From assembly GCA_963823665.1 (NCBI GenBank), contig CAWGMQ010000010.1:1312001-1376000 (forward strand): a DNA stretch of 64,000 nt, read 5' to 3'. The first letter of the stretch is position 1. Each line of letters starts with the position of its first letter. The position numbers were made by a program, and so were the translations under genes. Shown here one piece after another: positions 19,979-28,159 of this stretch. The notes beneath the pieces were generated by a model. It did not search any database. It saw nothing but the letters and a program-made list of their open reading frames with translations, and was not told the DNA's origin. This DNA is from an uncultured Planctomycetota bacterium. Its GTDB lineage: Bacteria > Planctomycetota > Planctomycetia > Isosphaerales > Isosphaeraceae.

Positions 19979-20413
19979 TTATTCGCCCTCCGGAAAGCGT
20001 CGCGTGAATTCTGAAATGAGCTCGTGAACGGGCGTTGGCGCGGAGCGTTCAACCAAAATTGGCGGAGCGCCGAGCCTCTGAAGTAGACCATCGGCATTCG
20101 CCGCGCGCTGCAATTCACATCTGAGCTCGTGCGCATCGCGGTGGTTGCCCGCGCGTTCGAGCCGGTCGATTTCGCGCCAGATCGGAGACGGCTTACCATG
20201 CGAGGCGAGCCGGTCGCCAATCGCTCTCTGACTGACGAAACAAGCGAACCCCTCGCGCACTCCGTTCAACTCGCCACCGCGCACAAGGCTTCGCACTTCG
20301 GCAACAGTCACGCCAAGAATCTCAGCCGCCTTGCAATCCGGCAGATACCCCCGCGACTGCATTTCGCGGTCGTGGGAATCTTCCTCCCAGTATGGCCCGA
20401 ATTTCCATCCCAT
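19979..20413 (-). CDS. Excisionase-like HTH domain protein
   Basis: KAAEILGVTVAEVRSLVRGGELNGVREG. Confidence 0.7.
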   Translation of the reverse strand: MGWKFGPYWEEDSHDREMQSRGYLPDCKAAEILGVTVAEVRSLVRGGELNGVREGFACFVSQRAIGDRLASHGKPSPIWREIDRLERAGNHRDAHELRCELQRAANADGLLQRLGAPPILVERSAPTPVHELISEFTRRFPEGE

Positions 20414-20578
20414 GTAGCACCCCTTTCGATGGTCGAATACTAGAGCGAGCCGCGATATCGAATCAAGTGAAGGCGCGAGCAATTCCACTTAATGCTTATG
20501 GAATTTTTGGACACACGCGAGCCGTTTTCGCCGTGTTTTTCGTGGCTCGGATGTGTGATTCGTCCAGAAAATCGCCCC

Positions 20579-20827
20579 CTAAACTGGCGGATTATTGGAC
20601 GTTCCATCTCGTTCAGCGAGCAATTCGGCGAGCCGCCGGAAACGTTCGTCGGTCTTGAACGTCCCCGCGTTCAGCCAGTTATAGAGCGTCGATCGGCTGA
20701 TTCCCGCAGTGTCGGCAGCTTCGTTGATGCTCAAGCCGCGGCCGAATGCGAAACCGAGAAGCAACATCGTCTCGCCGTCGCAAGCCGATGGTCTGCCGCG
20801 TCTGTTTTTCGTTTTCGCTTGTGGCAT
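20579..20827 (-). CDS. Small HTH DNA-binding protein
   Basis: RGRPS...GLSINEAADTAGISRSTLYNWL. Confidence 0.75.
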   Translation of the reverse strand: MPQAKTKNRRGRPSACDGETMLLLGFAFGRGLSINEAADTAGISRSTLYNWLNAGTFKTDERFRRLAELLAERDGTSNNPPV

Positions 20828-20839
20828 GGCGTCGCGCCC

Positions 20840-21181
20840 TTACATGATCTTCGTGAACATCGGATGGTCGTCATCGGCTTGCATGAACATCCGCCATCTA
20901 TACTCTGCTTCTATGGCCCTTATGAGCTTTCCCATAGCGTCGGGATCATCGATGGGTATACGTTCGGCTCGACTGTCACACTTGGCCCAGCACACGTCGC
21001 AGCACTCGCAGAAGCAAATGATTTGACCTTCTATCACTTTGCTCGAGCACTTCGCGACCGATCCGCAGACTGCGCAATAATCCTTTGCTGGTTTGACCGG
21101 CCGTGCCGGCGCGGGTTCGGGTTCGGGCGCACGCGGTTTAGGCGCCCCTTTGAGTCTGTGCCGCCATGTCAGGTTATTCAT
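20840..21181 (-). CDS. Zn-finger hypothetical protein
   Basis: CAVC...CFCECCDVC. Confidence 0.6.
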   Translation of the reverse strand: MNNLTWRHRLKGAPKPRAPEPEPAPARPVKPAKDYCAVCGSVAKCSSKVIEGQIICFCECCDVCWAKCDSRAERIPIDDPDAMGKLIRAIEAEYRWRMFMQADDDHPMFTKIM

Positions 21182-21184
21182 GGT

Positions 21185-22027
21185 TCAATCCTCATCCCAG
21201 AGTGAAGGGTCACGAAGGTTGCCCACCGCGGCGGGGTTGTGCCGGACGGCATAAGGGGGAATGAAACGCGGGTCTAGTTCGTCGTCGTCGTCGTTTTCTT
21301 GCTCGAGCTCGCGCTTACGCTCCGCCACCTTCTCGACCTCGAGCGCTCTGGCTTCCCAGGGTTGCAGATTCGTTGTGTCGGCCGTGATTGTCATGGCCAT
21401 CCATCGTTGACGTCCAAGCCAGAGCGCGAGGCTCACACTCATAACGCAGTCGTCATGATCCGAATTGAACGCTTCGGCAGAAGTGTTGCCGGTTTTGGCG
21501 CTCACCCGGATTTTAAAATCCCTCAATTCTTTTTTGAGCAATCTAGCGTGCTCCTGATGCTTTCCGTTCCGCATCGGGCATATCTTTACCCGACGATTGC
21601 CGAGTGCTTCGGCCAATGCGCTCACGAGCTCAACCTTGGCGACGTTCCACATGCGCCGGCCGCGTGGCGCCGATGTTGCGCCCCCGGTTATGTTGATCCC
21701 GTAGACTCGGATGTGCTCGTATGGCGCGAATGCGGTAACGCACTGCTCAAACACCGCCGTTCCACAGCCGGACATATCGATCACCACAATGGGAGCCGGT
21801 CGAATGTCGCTTCTGGTTGCGATGCGTACCAGGTCTTTTACCACGGCGCCGTACTCTGTTTTTAACGGCCAGCGACGTAGGCCCACGATCTGAAACGAAT
21901 AGATGGAATTCCCCCGGCTATCGCGTTCGGGAAGGCCCTGCGCGTCCACGGCCAGGCTGCGAGCCATTACAGACAACGCGGAAAAGTCCCGGAACTGGCC
22001 TAAGTCCAGCGTGACAAAGTTGTCCAC
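21185..22027 (-). CDS. terL: Terminase large subunit, stand-alone RNase H-like nuclease domain
   Basis: TLDLGQFRDFSAL, VIDMSGCG and DHDDCVMSVSLA acidic motifs; GAGGGG 8 nt before the GTG. Confidence 0.8.
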   Translation of the reverse strand: MDNFVTLDLGQFRDFSALSVMARSLAVDAQGLPERDSRGNSIYSFQIVGLRRWPLKTEYGAVVKDLVRIATRSDIRPAPIVVIDMSGCGTAVFEQCVTAFAPYEHIRVYGINITGGATSAPRGRRMWNVAKVELVSALAEALGNRRVKICPMRNGKHQEHARLLKKELRDFKIRVSAKTGNTSAEAFNSDHDDCVMSVSLALWLGRQRWMAMTITADTTNLQPWEARALEVEKVAERKRELEQENDDDDELDPRFIPPYAVRHNPAAVGNLRDPSLWDED

Positions 22028-22029
22028 GA

Positions 22030-22797
22030 TTAGAGCCCCTCGAGTGCTGTGAGTAATGGCATGCCAGGCGGATACTCGGTTAAAGCCTCAATCGCATCAT
22101 CACCTATTAATTGGTCGCCGTCCTCTATAAAAGCGTTTTCATGTTCCTGTCTGTACAGTGCAGGCCCCAGGATCTTGAGCTCATCGTCCAGGAATCCCGG
22201 CTTTACACGATGCGGATAGTCGACGCGTCGGGCGGAGATGCGTTCCCAGGTCTGCTCCTGATCTTCCCAGCATGCGTAGAAGAACCCCCGCCGGCCCGCG
22301 GGTGTGGAGAGCAGGATTAGGTCGCCGTCTGTCTCCGCCAGCATCGGACGCACCGCAGCCAGCATGCCCTCATCTATACGTGATGCTTCGTCTAATATAA
22401 CCAAGTGTGGAGTGTACCCGCGTGCAGTAGCCGGATCGCCTGGCAAGGCAACCAGCTTGCTACCGTTGGCGAAGTGCAGTTCAGTTCTGAGTTGCTTGAC
22501 CAGCTCAACGGGCTTGGTGCGCTCGTAATACTGAACAGTGCGGTCAAACAGCAACAGCGATTGCCTTTCCCCGATGCTAGTCAGGAGACATTCCGAGCCC
22601 GCGGTGAAGCAAACACGGTGCAAGGCTTTCACCGCAGATACGCTGGTTTTCCCAAGTTGCCGGCCGCAAAGCATAAGCAATCGTTTGCTTGTCGACTGCA
22701 AAGCTTGGCGCTGCCATAAATCTGGTTCAAGCCCCGTCGCCGCGCGAAACAAGTATGTCGGGTCCAGTGCCGCCTTCAACAATGCTTTCCTGTCCAT
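22030..22797 (-). CDS. terL: Terminase large subunit, stand-alone ATPase domain
   Basis: DLWQ (Q motif), GRQLGKT (Walker A), VILDEA (Walker B), LSTP (motif III), YRQEHENAF. Confidence 0.9.
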   Translation of the reverse strand: MDRKALLKAALDPTYLFRAATGLEPDLWQRQALQSTSKRLLMLCGRQLGKTSVSAVKALHRVCFTAGSECLLTSIGERQSLLLFDRTVQYYERTKPVELVKQLRTELHFANGSKLVALPGDPATARGYTPHLVILDEASRIDEGMLAAVRPMLAETDGDLILLSTPAGRRGFFYACWEDQEQTWERISARRVDYPHRVKPGFLDDELKILGPALYRQEHENAFIEDGDQLIGDDAIEALTEYPPGMPLLTALEGL

Positions 22798-23389
22798 CGG
22801 TGCTACCCTCCGAGTGCTCGAGTTGCTCCATCTGGTCGATAACCGCGGCGAGGCGATAACGGTCTTCTGGTGTCTTCACAGCGTCAAGGAGGGCCGCGCC
22901 TTGCAACCCGAACATCGCGACGCTGATGTTCTGGGTAGACCCGCCGATCTTGTTGATGGTCTTGTGCTCTCGCAGTTTGCCCCAGTAGCGATCCATCAAC
23001 AGTTGGATGGCCTTCAGCCGGTCGCCGTGCGTCTCGCCCTCGAGAGCGATATGGGCGAGCTCTTTGACCGCGTCGGCGAGCAGGGTTGGGTGCTCGTCAT
23101 CGATCAGTTGCTTGAACCGGCGTTTGATCCTGACACCTGCTGCGATCCGCGCCGGATCGGGGGTCGCGCAGCTATTGCCCACAGCGAACATGCCGTTCTC
23201 ACCCCGGCCTTCACCCGTGCCGGCCCAGCTCGAGGCGTCCAGAGCGGTCTGCGGGTCCTGCTGTTCGGAGAACACCCGCGGCGCAGGGCGGGCGGGCTTG
23301 GCTGGCTTGGCGCCCTTGACCTTGCGCGGGCCCCGGTACCCTCGAGCGGTACCATGCCAGCGAGGCAACGGCGAGGTGTCAGTGCTCAT
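22727..23389 (-). CDS. Putative terminase small subunit-like protein
   Basis: Immediately upstream of terL; RGENGMFAVGN motif and helical DRLKAIQLLMDRYWGK segment. Confidence 0.5.
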   Translation of the reverse strand: MSTDTSPLPRWHGTARGYRGPRKVKGAKPAKPARPAPRVFSEQQDPQTALDASSWAGTGEGRGENGMFAVGNSCATPDPARIAAGVRIKRRFKQLIDDEHPTLLADAVKELAHIALEGETHGDRLKAIQLLMDRYWGKLREHKTINKIGGSTQNISVAMFGLQGAALLDAVKTPEDRYRLAAVIDQMEQLEHSEGSTDGQESIVEGGTGPDILVSRGDGA

Positions 23390-23404
23390 GGTGGTTGTCC
23401 CCGG

Positions 23405-23761
23405 TTAGTTCCTGGCGCACAGCATGGCCGTTCCTTGTGCTATCCGACGCGCTTCCTCGACCTTCTCCCGAATCTGGTCGATGCGTTGTTCCTGCGCAGC
23501 GAGCGCTTGCTCCCGCGCGACAACGCGACGTTCGTTCTCAGTCTGGGCCCGTATCAGCTCAGTCGAGCCGCACGCGATGGCGCGAACCTCGAGCCCCAGG
23601 GCCCGTACATCGGCCGCCACTCTTTGCACATCCGCAGCCAGTTCGGCTGTCTCGTGCTCAACGTCGGCCAAAGCACACTCAGCCGCGTAGAGTGCCTCAG
23701 ACGCCCTGCGCTGGTCATCTCTCAGGTCGATCAACACGTCTGCCCAGTTCACTGCCGTCAT
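23405..23761 (-). CDS. Coiled-coil hypothetical protein
   Basis: Ala/Glu/Arg heptad-rich; GAGAGGG RBS. Confidence 0.55.
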   Translation of the reverse strand: MTAVNWADVLIDLRDDQRRASEALYAAECALADVEHETAELAADVQRVAADVRALGLEVRAIACGSTELIRAQTENERRVVAREQALAAQEQRIDQIREKVEEARRIAQGTAMLCARN

Positions 23762-23928
23762 GGTGCCCTCTCTCGTTGGGTAAGGGGTCATTTATGGGAA
23801 ACCGGTCCAAGTGCTACTTGGGATGCTGCCGTATAACCGGAATCGTCACAAGTGTCACTGCGTGAATTACTTGCGTCTGTCGGCATCGGATTCTCTCTCC
23901 GATGTTGATTGGTTATCTGTACGATCGA

Positions 23929-24201
23929 TCAGTCATGCCGCTCGCGGATCGCGCTGGCCAGGTCGTGAATCGCGCTGGCGATGGTTGTCGCCGCTTCCTT
24001 GATGGCCTCGCCATGAGCTTCCATTGCGTTCGGGCGAGTCCTCGGATCGGAGCGGAATGAAACACCGAACCAGACAGCCCGTGCCAGGTCATCAAGCGTG
24101 TCGACGATGTTTGCGGCCTCGCCGTTGGCGTCGCTCACATTCGGCGAGGTAAGCGCCGCGGCGAGGGTGTCTGCCAGTCTGTCACTCTTGGATGCGTTCA
24201 T
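23929..24201 (-). CDS. Hypothetical protein
   Basis: 90-aa ORF with AAGGAG RBS. Confidence 0.6.
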   Translation of the reverse strand: MNASKSDRLADTLAAALTSPNVSDANGEAANIVDTLDDLARAVWFGVSFRSDPRTRPNAMEAHGEAIKEAATTIASAIHDLASAIRERHD

Positions 24202-24639
24202 GCGTTAAACTCCTTGCATGCATGACGGTATGGGCCGACGATGGTGAGCCCGGCTGAACGGCCAGAGACTGGCCTTCCACGCTGATCTGCTCAAAAGCCT
24301 GCTGCTCATGGTCAGGCCACGGGATACCATCTGCCTCGAGGCGATTGGCGAGTTCACCCCATCGTTGCCGGCGCTCAATCGGCCATCCAGCGAGATCAGA
24401 AGGTCTCGACCACTTCAAGCCTACAAAACCTACGGAACCGGTTTTGTCTGGTTTCGTAGGTAGCGGGGGGTATCTATCTATAAGAATTTCACTGGCGCAG
24501 AAATACACTCACTCACACCATCATTGATGTACTCTTTAGGGTCTGAATTTTCTGTGTACCTATGGGGTGGATTGCCTACGAAACCTACAAAAGCATCCAC
24601 TGGCTTGATCTGCTGCTTGAATGCATTCAAGTATTTCAT
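24182..24639 (-). CDS. Small replication-associated protein overlapping the origin (probably frameshifted)
   Basis: MKYLNAFKQ...FVGFVG (ATGA-coupled to the DUF3987 gene), then in another frame PTKPDK...WPIERRQRWGELANRLEADGIPWPDHEQQAF. Confidence 0.45.
24420..24592. repeat. Iteron-like 9-bp repeats, candidate replication origin
   Basis: CCTACAAAA 24420, CCTACGGAA 24429, inverted TTTCGTAGG 24452, CCTACGAAA 24575, CCTACAAAA 24584, flanking an A/T-rich core. Confidence 0.7.
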
Positions 24640-26588
24640 GCTTGCGACCACACTTCCTTGGATGGCAGAACCGGATTGATCCACACTTTCTTGGATGGTC
24701 TGCCACCGAACGCGCTCTCTGACGGAACCTCGACCACCTTCACCCATCCGCGGTCTTCAAGGATGCCGATGGCGGTTTCGACGTCATCGACCATCCGCAG
24801 GCCTGACCATCCCTTCTGCGCGACCTCCCGCGGAGTGAACGGATTTGGAAGCGATCCCTTGATCCGCTCGGATAGCGCGACCGCGATCGAGATGTCGCCG
24901 TCCGCGCAGGCCATGTACACCCGCCTGGCGTGCGCCTCGAGCAGGTCACACCATGCCGCGGCCGCTTGAGCTGCCTCGAGGGACACCGGTCCTATCTCCC
25001 ATGCCCTGCATGTCTCGACCAAATGGAAGATCAGTGCCAGCGAGGCCATGAGCGAGCCATATTTCGATAGGTGGTTCTTCATCAGGTCTGAGAGAGCACC
25101 ACCCCGGAGTCGCTGTTGCAGTTCTGTATACCACTGGTTGAAGAACGCTTGAGCGTCATCGGCGAAATTGACGTAGGCCAAGCCGCTATCCTGATCGACC
25201 TTGCATCCCTTATCCGCTGCGTTCATCTGGTCGATCGCCTTGAAGACGTCATAGGCTTCATTCTTCGCCGCGGTATCTGGCCACTGGTCGACATGCACGT
25301 AATCGTCCGGCGGATCCGGATACACCATCACCTGGAAGCGGGGAACGAAACCGTCCGCTTCCTCTCCACTGACGGTGCGTTTCATGTACTGCGCGAGCGG
25401 TCCGGGCTGGATGGTTCCGAGCACCGCCAGACACGCCGCTTCAATGTGCGTCGTGCCGCGCTGGATTCGATCGAATGTGAAAGAGCCGTTTCCATTCCAG
25501 CACTCAAGCAGGAAACCCCGGTCCGATTGGTGACCTTCCCGCTCGAGGCTCTTGAGCAGTCCAAGCAGTTCGTCCCGAAAGACCGTCAACCCGTTCGGAT
25601 TCTCCGCCATGAGCTCGCCAAGCTTCTCGACCGTGAAATCGTTCACGAGATACCGCCGGCACTTCGGCTGATCTTCCTGACTGGTGGCCATCGCATCGAC
25701 CGCGAGCCGCTTTAGTTCGTCCTCCGTCGTCCCCTCCACCTTCGCCGCTTTCTTCAGCGTGCTCTTGGCTGCGTCCTTGCGTGCCGCGGCAACAAGCTGG
25801 CGAGCGGTGTAATCGTTCATCTGTTGGGCGAAGGCGTCCATCGCATCGGCCACGAGTCGCTTGAGCGGACGCATGACGGCCTCGACTGCCGGGGTCTTCA
25901 AGAATCCGGGTGGCCCGACGATGATTCCCCAGAGATTCACCACCACCACCCAGTCATCGTAGCGCTTCGGTCTTATCGCCACCTTCCGGCCGATCACCCC
26001 GCTGAGAGCGACAATCAGCGTCGCCGCAACGTACTCAAACGGAAAACAGCCACGCGTTGCGATATCGCGCAGCCACCCGCGGAAAACCTCTGGCACCATC
26101 TCCGGCACGATGGCAGGGACCGGCTCGAGGTTTGCCGTTATCGGGCGGGGTGGCAGAAGGAAGATAGGGCTTCGAGCCGAAACCTCTTTATCCCTCCATT
26201 TGGTCCGCTTGGCCGCTTCATTCACGAAGTCGTCGCCGTCCACATACTCGCCATCGGCGACCTTCTCGTTAAACCACGCTTTGAGTTGATCGCCGTTGCC
26301 AGCGATTCCGAACGCTTCGCGCAGGTTCAAAGTCCCCACCTGGCTGGCGAAGTAATGGTTGCCGTTCCCTTCGCACCACACCGCCGCCGCGGTCGCCGAT
26401 TCTGGTTCGCTATAGGCAAAGATGATCCGCCGCCGGTCCGCGAACTTCGCAAGCTGGCCCTTCGCCGTGAAGACCTCGATCGCCGGAATGCCGAGCTCCC
26501 GCACCGCGGCTGCAACCCGCAGTTCAATGCACCCGAAAACAATGTCGCCGGGCTTGCCATTCGGGACATGGCCGTTTGATTCGCTCAT
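24636..26588 (-). CDS. DUF3987/YfjI-family P-loop replication protein
   Basis: NLWGIIVGPPGFLKTP, DFTVEKL, FRDELLG, FDRIQRG, GTIQPG, DGFVPRF; C-terminal wHTH with GGRPS. Confidence 0.85.
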   Translation of the reverse strand: MSESNGHVPNGKPGDIVFGCIELRVAAAVRELGIPAIEVFTAKGQLAKFADRRRIIFAYSEPESATAAAVWCEGNGNHYFASQVGTLNLREAFGIAGNGDQLKAWFNEKVADGEYVDGDDFVNEAAKRTKWRDKEVSARSPIFLLPPRPITANLEPVPAIVPEMVPEVFRGWLRDIATRGCFPFEYVAATLIVALSGVIGRKVAIRPKRYDDWVVVVNLWGIIVGPPGFLKTPAVEAVMRPLKRLVADAMDAFAQQMNDYTARQLVAAARKDAAKSTLKKAAKVEGTTEDELKRLAVDAMATSQEDQPKCRRYLVNDFTVEKLGELMAENPNGLTVFRDELLGLLKSLEREGHQSDRGFLLECWNGNGSFTFDRIQRGTTHIEAACLAVLGTIQPGPLAQYMKRTVSGEEADGFVPRFQVMVYPDPPDDYVHVDQWPDTAAKNEAYDVFKAIDQMNAADKGCKVDQDSGLAYVNFADDAQAFFNQWYTELQQRLRGGALSDLMKNHLSKYGSLMASLALIFHLVETCRAWEIGPVSLEAAQAAAAWCDLLEAHARRVYMACADGDISIAVALSERIKGSLPNPFTPREVAQKGWSGLRMVDDVETAIGILEDRGWVKVVEVPSESAFGGRPSKKVWINPVLPSKEVWSQA

Positions 26589-26791
26589 GGGCCCGCCCTC
26601 CGTGGTTGCCGATGGTCGATTACCTCAGTTGGGTTTCCGCAGACCGGACATTCCCAAATCTGCACCTGTCCGCGCACCCCCCGGAGTCGAAGCCGCTCCC
26701 AACATCCGCAGTAGCTTTGTGGCTCCTCGAGTGCACCGTCATCGTCGGTAGGAAATGCCAGGTCACGCTGGCCGCGCAGGGGCTCGCTCAT
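26585..26791 (-). CDS. Small Zn-ribbon protein
   Basis: YCGC...WECPVCG; ATGA overlaps on both sides. Confidence 0.55.
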   Translation of the reverse strand: MSEPLRGQRDLAFPTDDDGALEEPQSYCGCWERLRLRGVRGQVQIWECPVCGNPTEVIDHRQPRRAGP

Positions 26792-27083
26792 GATGGCTCG
26801 CCCCTTTCCTGTTCGGCCCACTCGCGAACAATGCGCGGTGACCATAGGCGCGCCGGCCGACACTTCTATCCGGCCGCGGAAACTCGCCGGTCGATATCCG
26901 CTCCTCAATCAGCCGCCTGGATAGCGGGATGACGGCGAGAATCTGATCCCAACCCCAGAGAAGCATTTCCGAAGGGGGGATTGATCGAACTTTGGGCAAT
27001 TTGCTAGGATCGGGTTCCTGGATAACCTGATCGTTCGCGAGGCCCGGAGTCGCCAGCTCCGGGTCCTTGCTTGCGCACTGCAC
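26788..27083 (-). CDS. AlpA-like regulator/excisionase (1-bp frameshift ~26850)
   Basis: WDQILAVIPLSRRLIEERISTGEFPRPDRSVGR, continuing in another frame as RLWSPRIVREWAE to TGA 26788. Confidence 0.65.
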
Positions 27084-27086
27084 CGA

Positions 27087-27293
27087 TCAGGCCCCCTTGC
27101 TCATGGGAGCCATGGCGCGGGCGATATCGCCCGCGGAATAGCGTGGTGGCACACCCGGCTGCAAATCGATGGCGACGGCGCCGATCGCAGCGAGGCGATA
27201 GAGCTTTGTAGGGCTTAGTCCCGGATGGCGCCGAGTTGCTTCGGCTGCCGAAATGAAATCGGCTTGGGCGGGTTCAAGTGTCGCTGTCGACAT
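27087..27293 (-). CDS. Xis-like winged-helix protein
   Basis: FISAAEATRRHPGLSPTKLYRLAAIGAV...PRYSAGDI. Confidence 0.6.
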   Translation of the reverse strand: MSTATLEPAQADFISAAEATRRHPGLSPTKLYRLAAIGAVAIDLQPGVPPRYSAGDIARAMAPMSKGA

Positions 27294-27422
27294 TGCGGTT
27301 TCCCGGAAGGATGCATAGGCGCGATTCACCAGAGCACCTGGTTGAAACCAGTGCTCACGAGTGAGTCGACTTCCTATGCGGTCCGTCTCCGGCCGCAGTC
27401 AGACTCTGACATTCAGTCTTCG

Positions 27423-27451
27423 ATCATAGAATGACTACTAAGCCATTTCAA
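27423..27451 (-). promoter_or_regulatory. Candidate sigma70 promoter for the xis-rep operon
   Basis: TTGAAA-17 bp-TATGAT on the minus strand. Confidence 0.55.
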
Positions 27452-27453
27452 GA

Positions 27454-27861
27454 TCACATCGGTTGTTTCGGCCAGTACGGCAATTTATCTCGCAAATGCC
27501 ATATCGCGTGGCGGATTTCAAACTGTGGATTATCTGGTCGGCATGAATGGCATGTCGCGTCCGCTCTTTCCATCAGCCAATTGAAGGCGCCCTCGAAGTC
27601 CTCATCGGAGAATTGCCGAGCCGTCCGCCCACTCGTCTGGTTCAAGGTCGGATTGCGCTTGTACCTCATCAACCAAATCGAAATTGTGCGGTACGCTTTC
27701 GCAAAACGCGGTTCATGCTTCTGGAAGTCCTCGTCGCTGGAAGATTGAAGCAGGCCCATCAAGACCCACCAGCTCAATCCCCAGGGTCGCCGCTTCACTC
27801 TACCGAGCAATCGTGACGCTTCGTCTTGAATCAGTGCCTGCACCCGCTTCCGATCGATCAT
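27454..27861 (-). CDS. Hypothetical protein (possible regulator)
   Basis: 135-aa ORF starting 6 bp after the stop of the stranded integrase tail. Confidence 0.6.
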   Translation of the reverse strand: MIDRKRVQALIQDEASRLLGRVKRRPWGLSWWVLMGLLQSSSDEDFQKHEPRFAKAYRTISIWLMRYKRNPTLNQTSGRTARQFSDEDFEGAFNWLMERADATCHSCRPDNPQFEIRHAIWHLRDKLPYWPKQPM

Positions 27862-27867
27862 CTCAGC

Positions 27868-28140
27868 TCACTCCGTTTTGGCCGCGTTCACCACCGCCAG
27901 AATCGCCCGACGCTGCTCCGCAGACAGCCGTCCCCAGGATTCCCGCACCAGCTCGAAGTCCGAATCGTCAGGGAGCATTTTGGGAGCACTTGAGCCACGC
28001 TCCGACGCGTTTCCATGCGTGTCTGTGCGTGATAATACCGCACTGCCAGGCTCGGAAACAACGGAGAATGAAGGCTTCCCGCGTGTCCCCGCGTTTCCGT
28101 GCGCGTCAGTGCGTTCTGACGTGAAAACGTCAAGATCTGA
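27868..28140 (-). other. Stranded 3' fragment of the integrase gene (89 aa)
   Basis: Stop-free frame in phase with int at the att core: (ECVS)DLDVFTSERTDAHG...PDDSDFELVRESWGRLSAEQRRAILAVVNAAKTE*. Confidence 0.7.
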
Positions 28141-28156
28141 TACGCATTCCAGTGCC
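28139..28156 (+). repeat. Right attachment site
   Basis: GATACGCAttccaGTGCC, matching 12253-12270. Confidence 0.75.
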
Positions 28157-28159
28157 AGT

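Larger units (their letters stand above)
12253..28156 (-). mobile_element. Integrated phage-satellite/provirus-like element (~15.9 kb) encoding capsid and terminase
   Basis: Bounded by an imperfect 18-bp direct repeat; int, HTH genes, DUF3987 protein, TerL, MCP and a TA pair are all co-oriented with tight ATGA/GTGA coupling; parts are visibly more A/T-rich than the host flanks. Confidence 0.9.

Noticed and set aside
22538..23836. 432-aa plus-strand ORF as a possible portal gene
   Set aside because: Antisense to three RBS-supported minus-strand genes and has no portal-like features.
23790..23930. A/T-richer gap upstream of the packaging genes as a cos/pac site
   Set aside because: The position is plausible, but I see no convincing symmetry or repeats.
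28139..28158. TGGCAC...TGC at the att core as a sigma54 promoter
   Set aside because: GG-to-GC spacing is 9 nt rather than the required 10.
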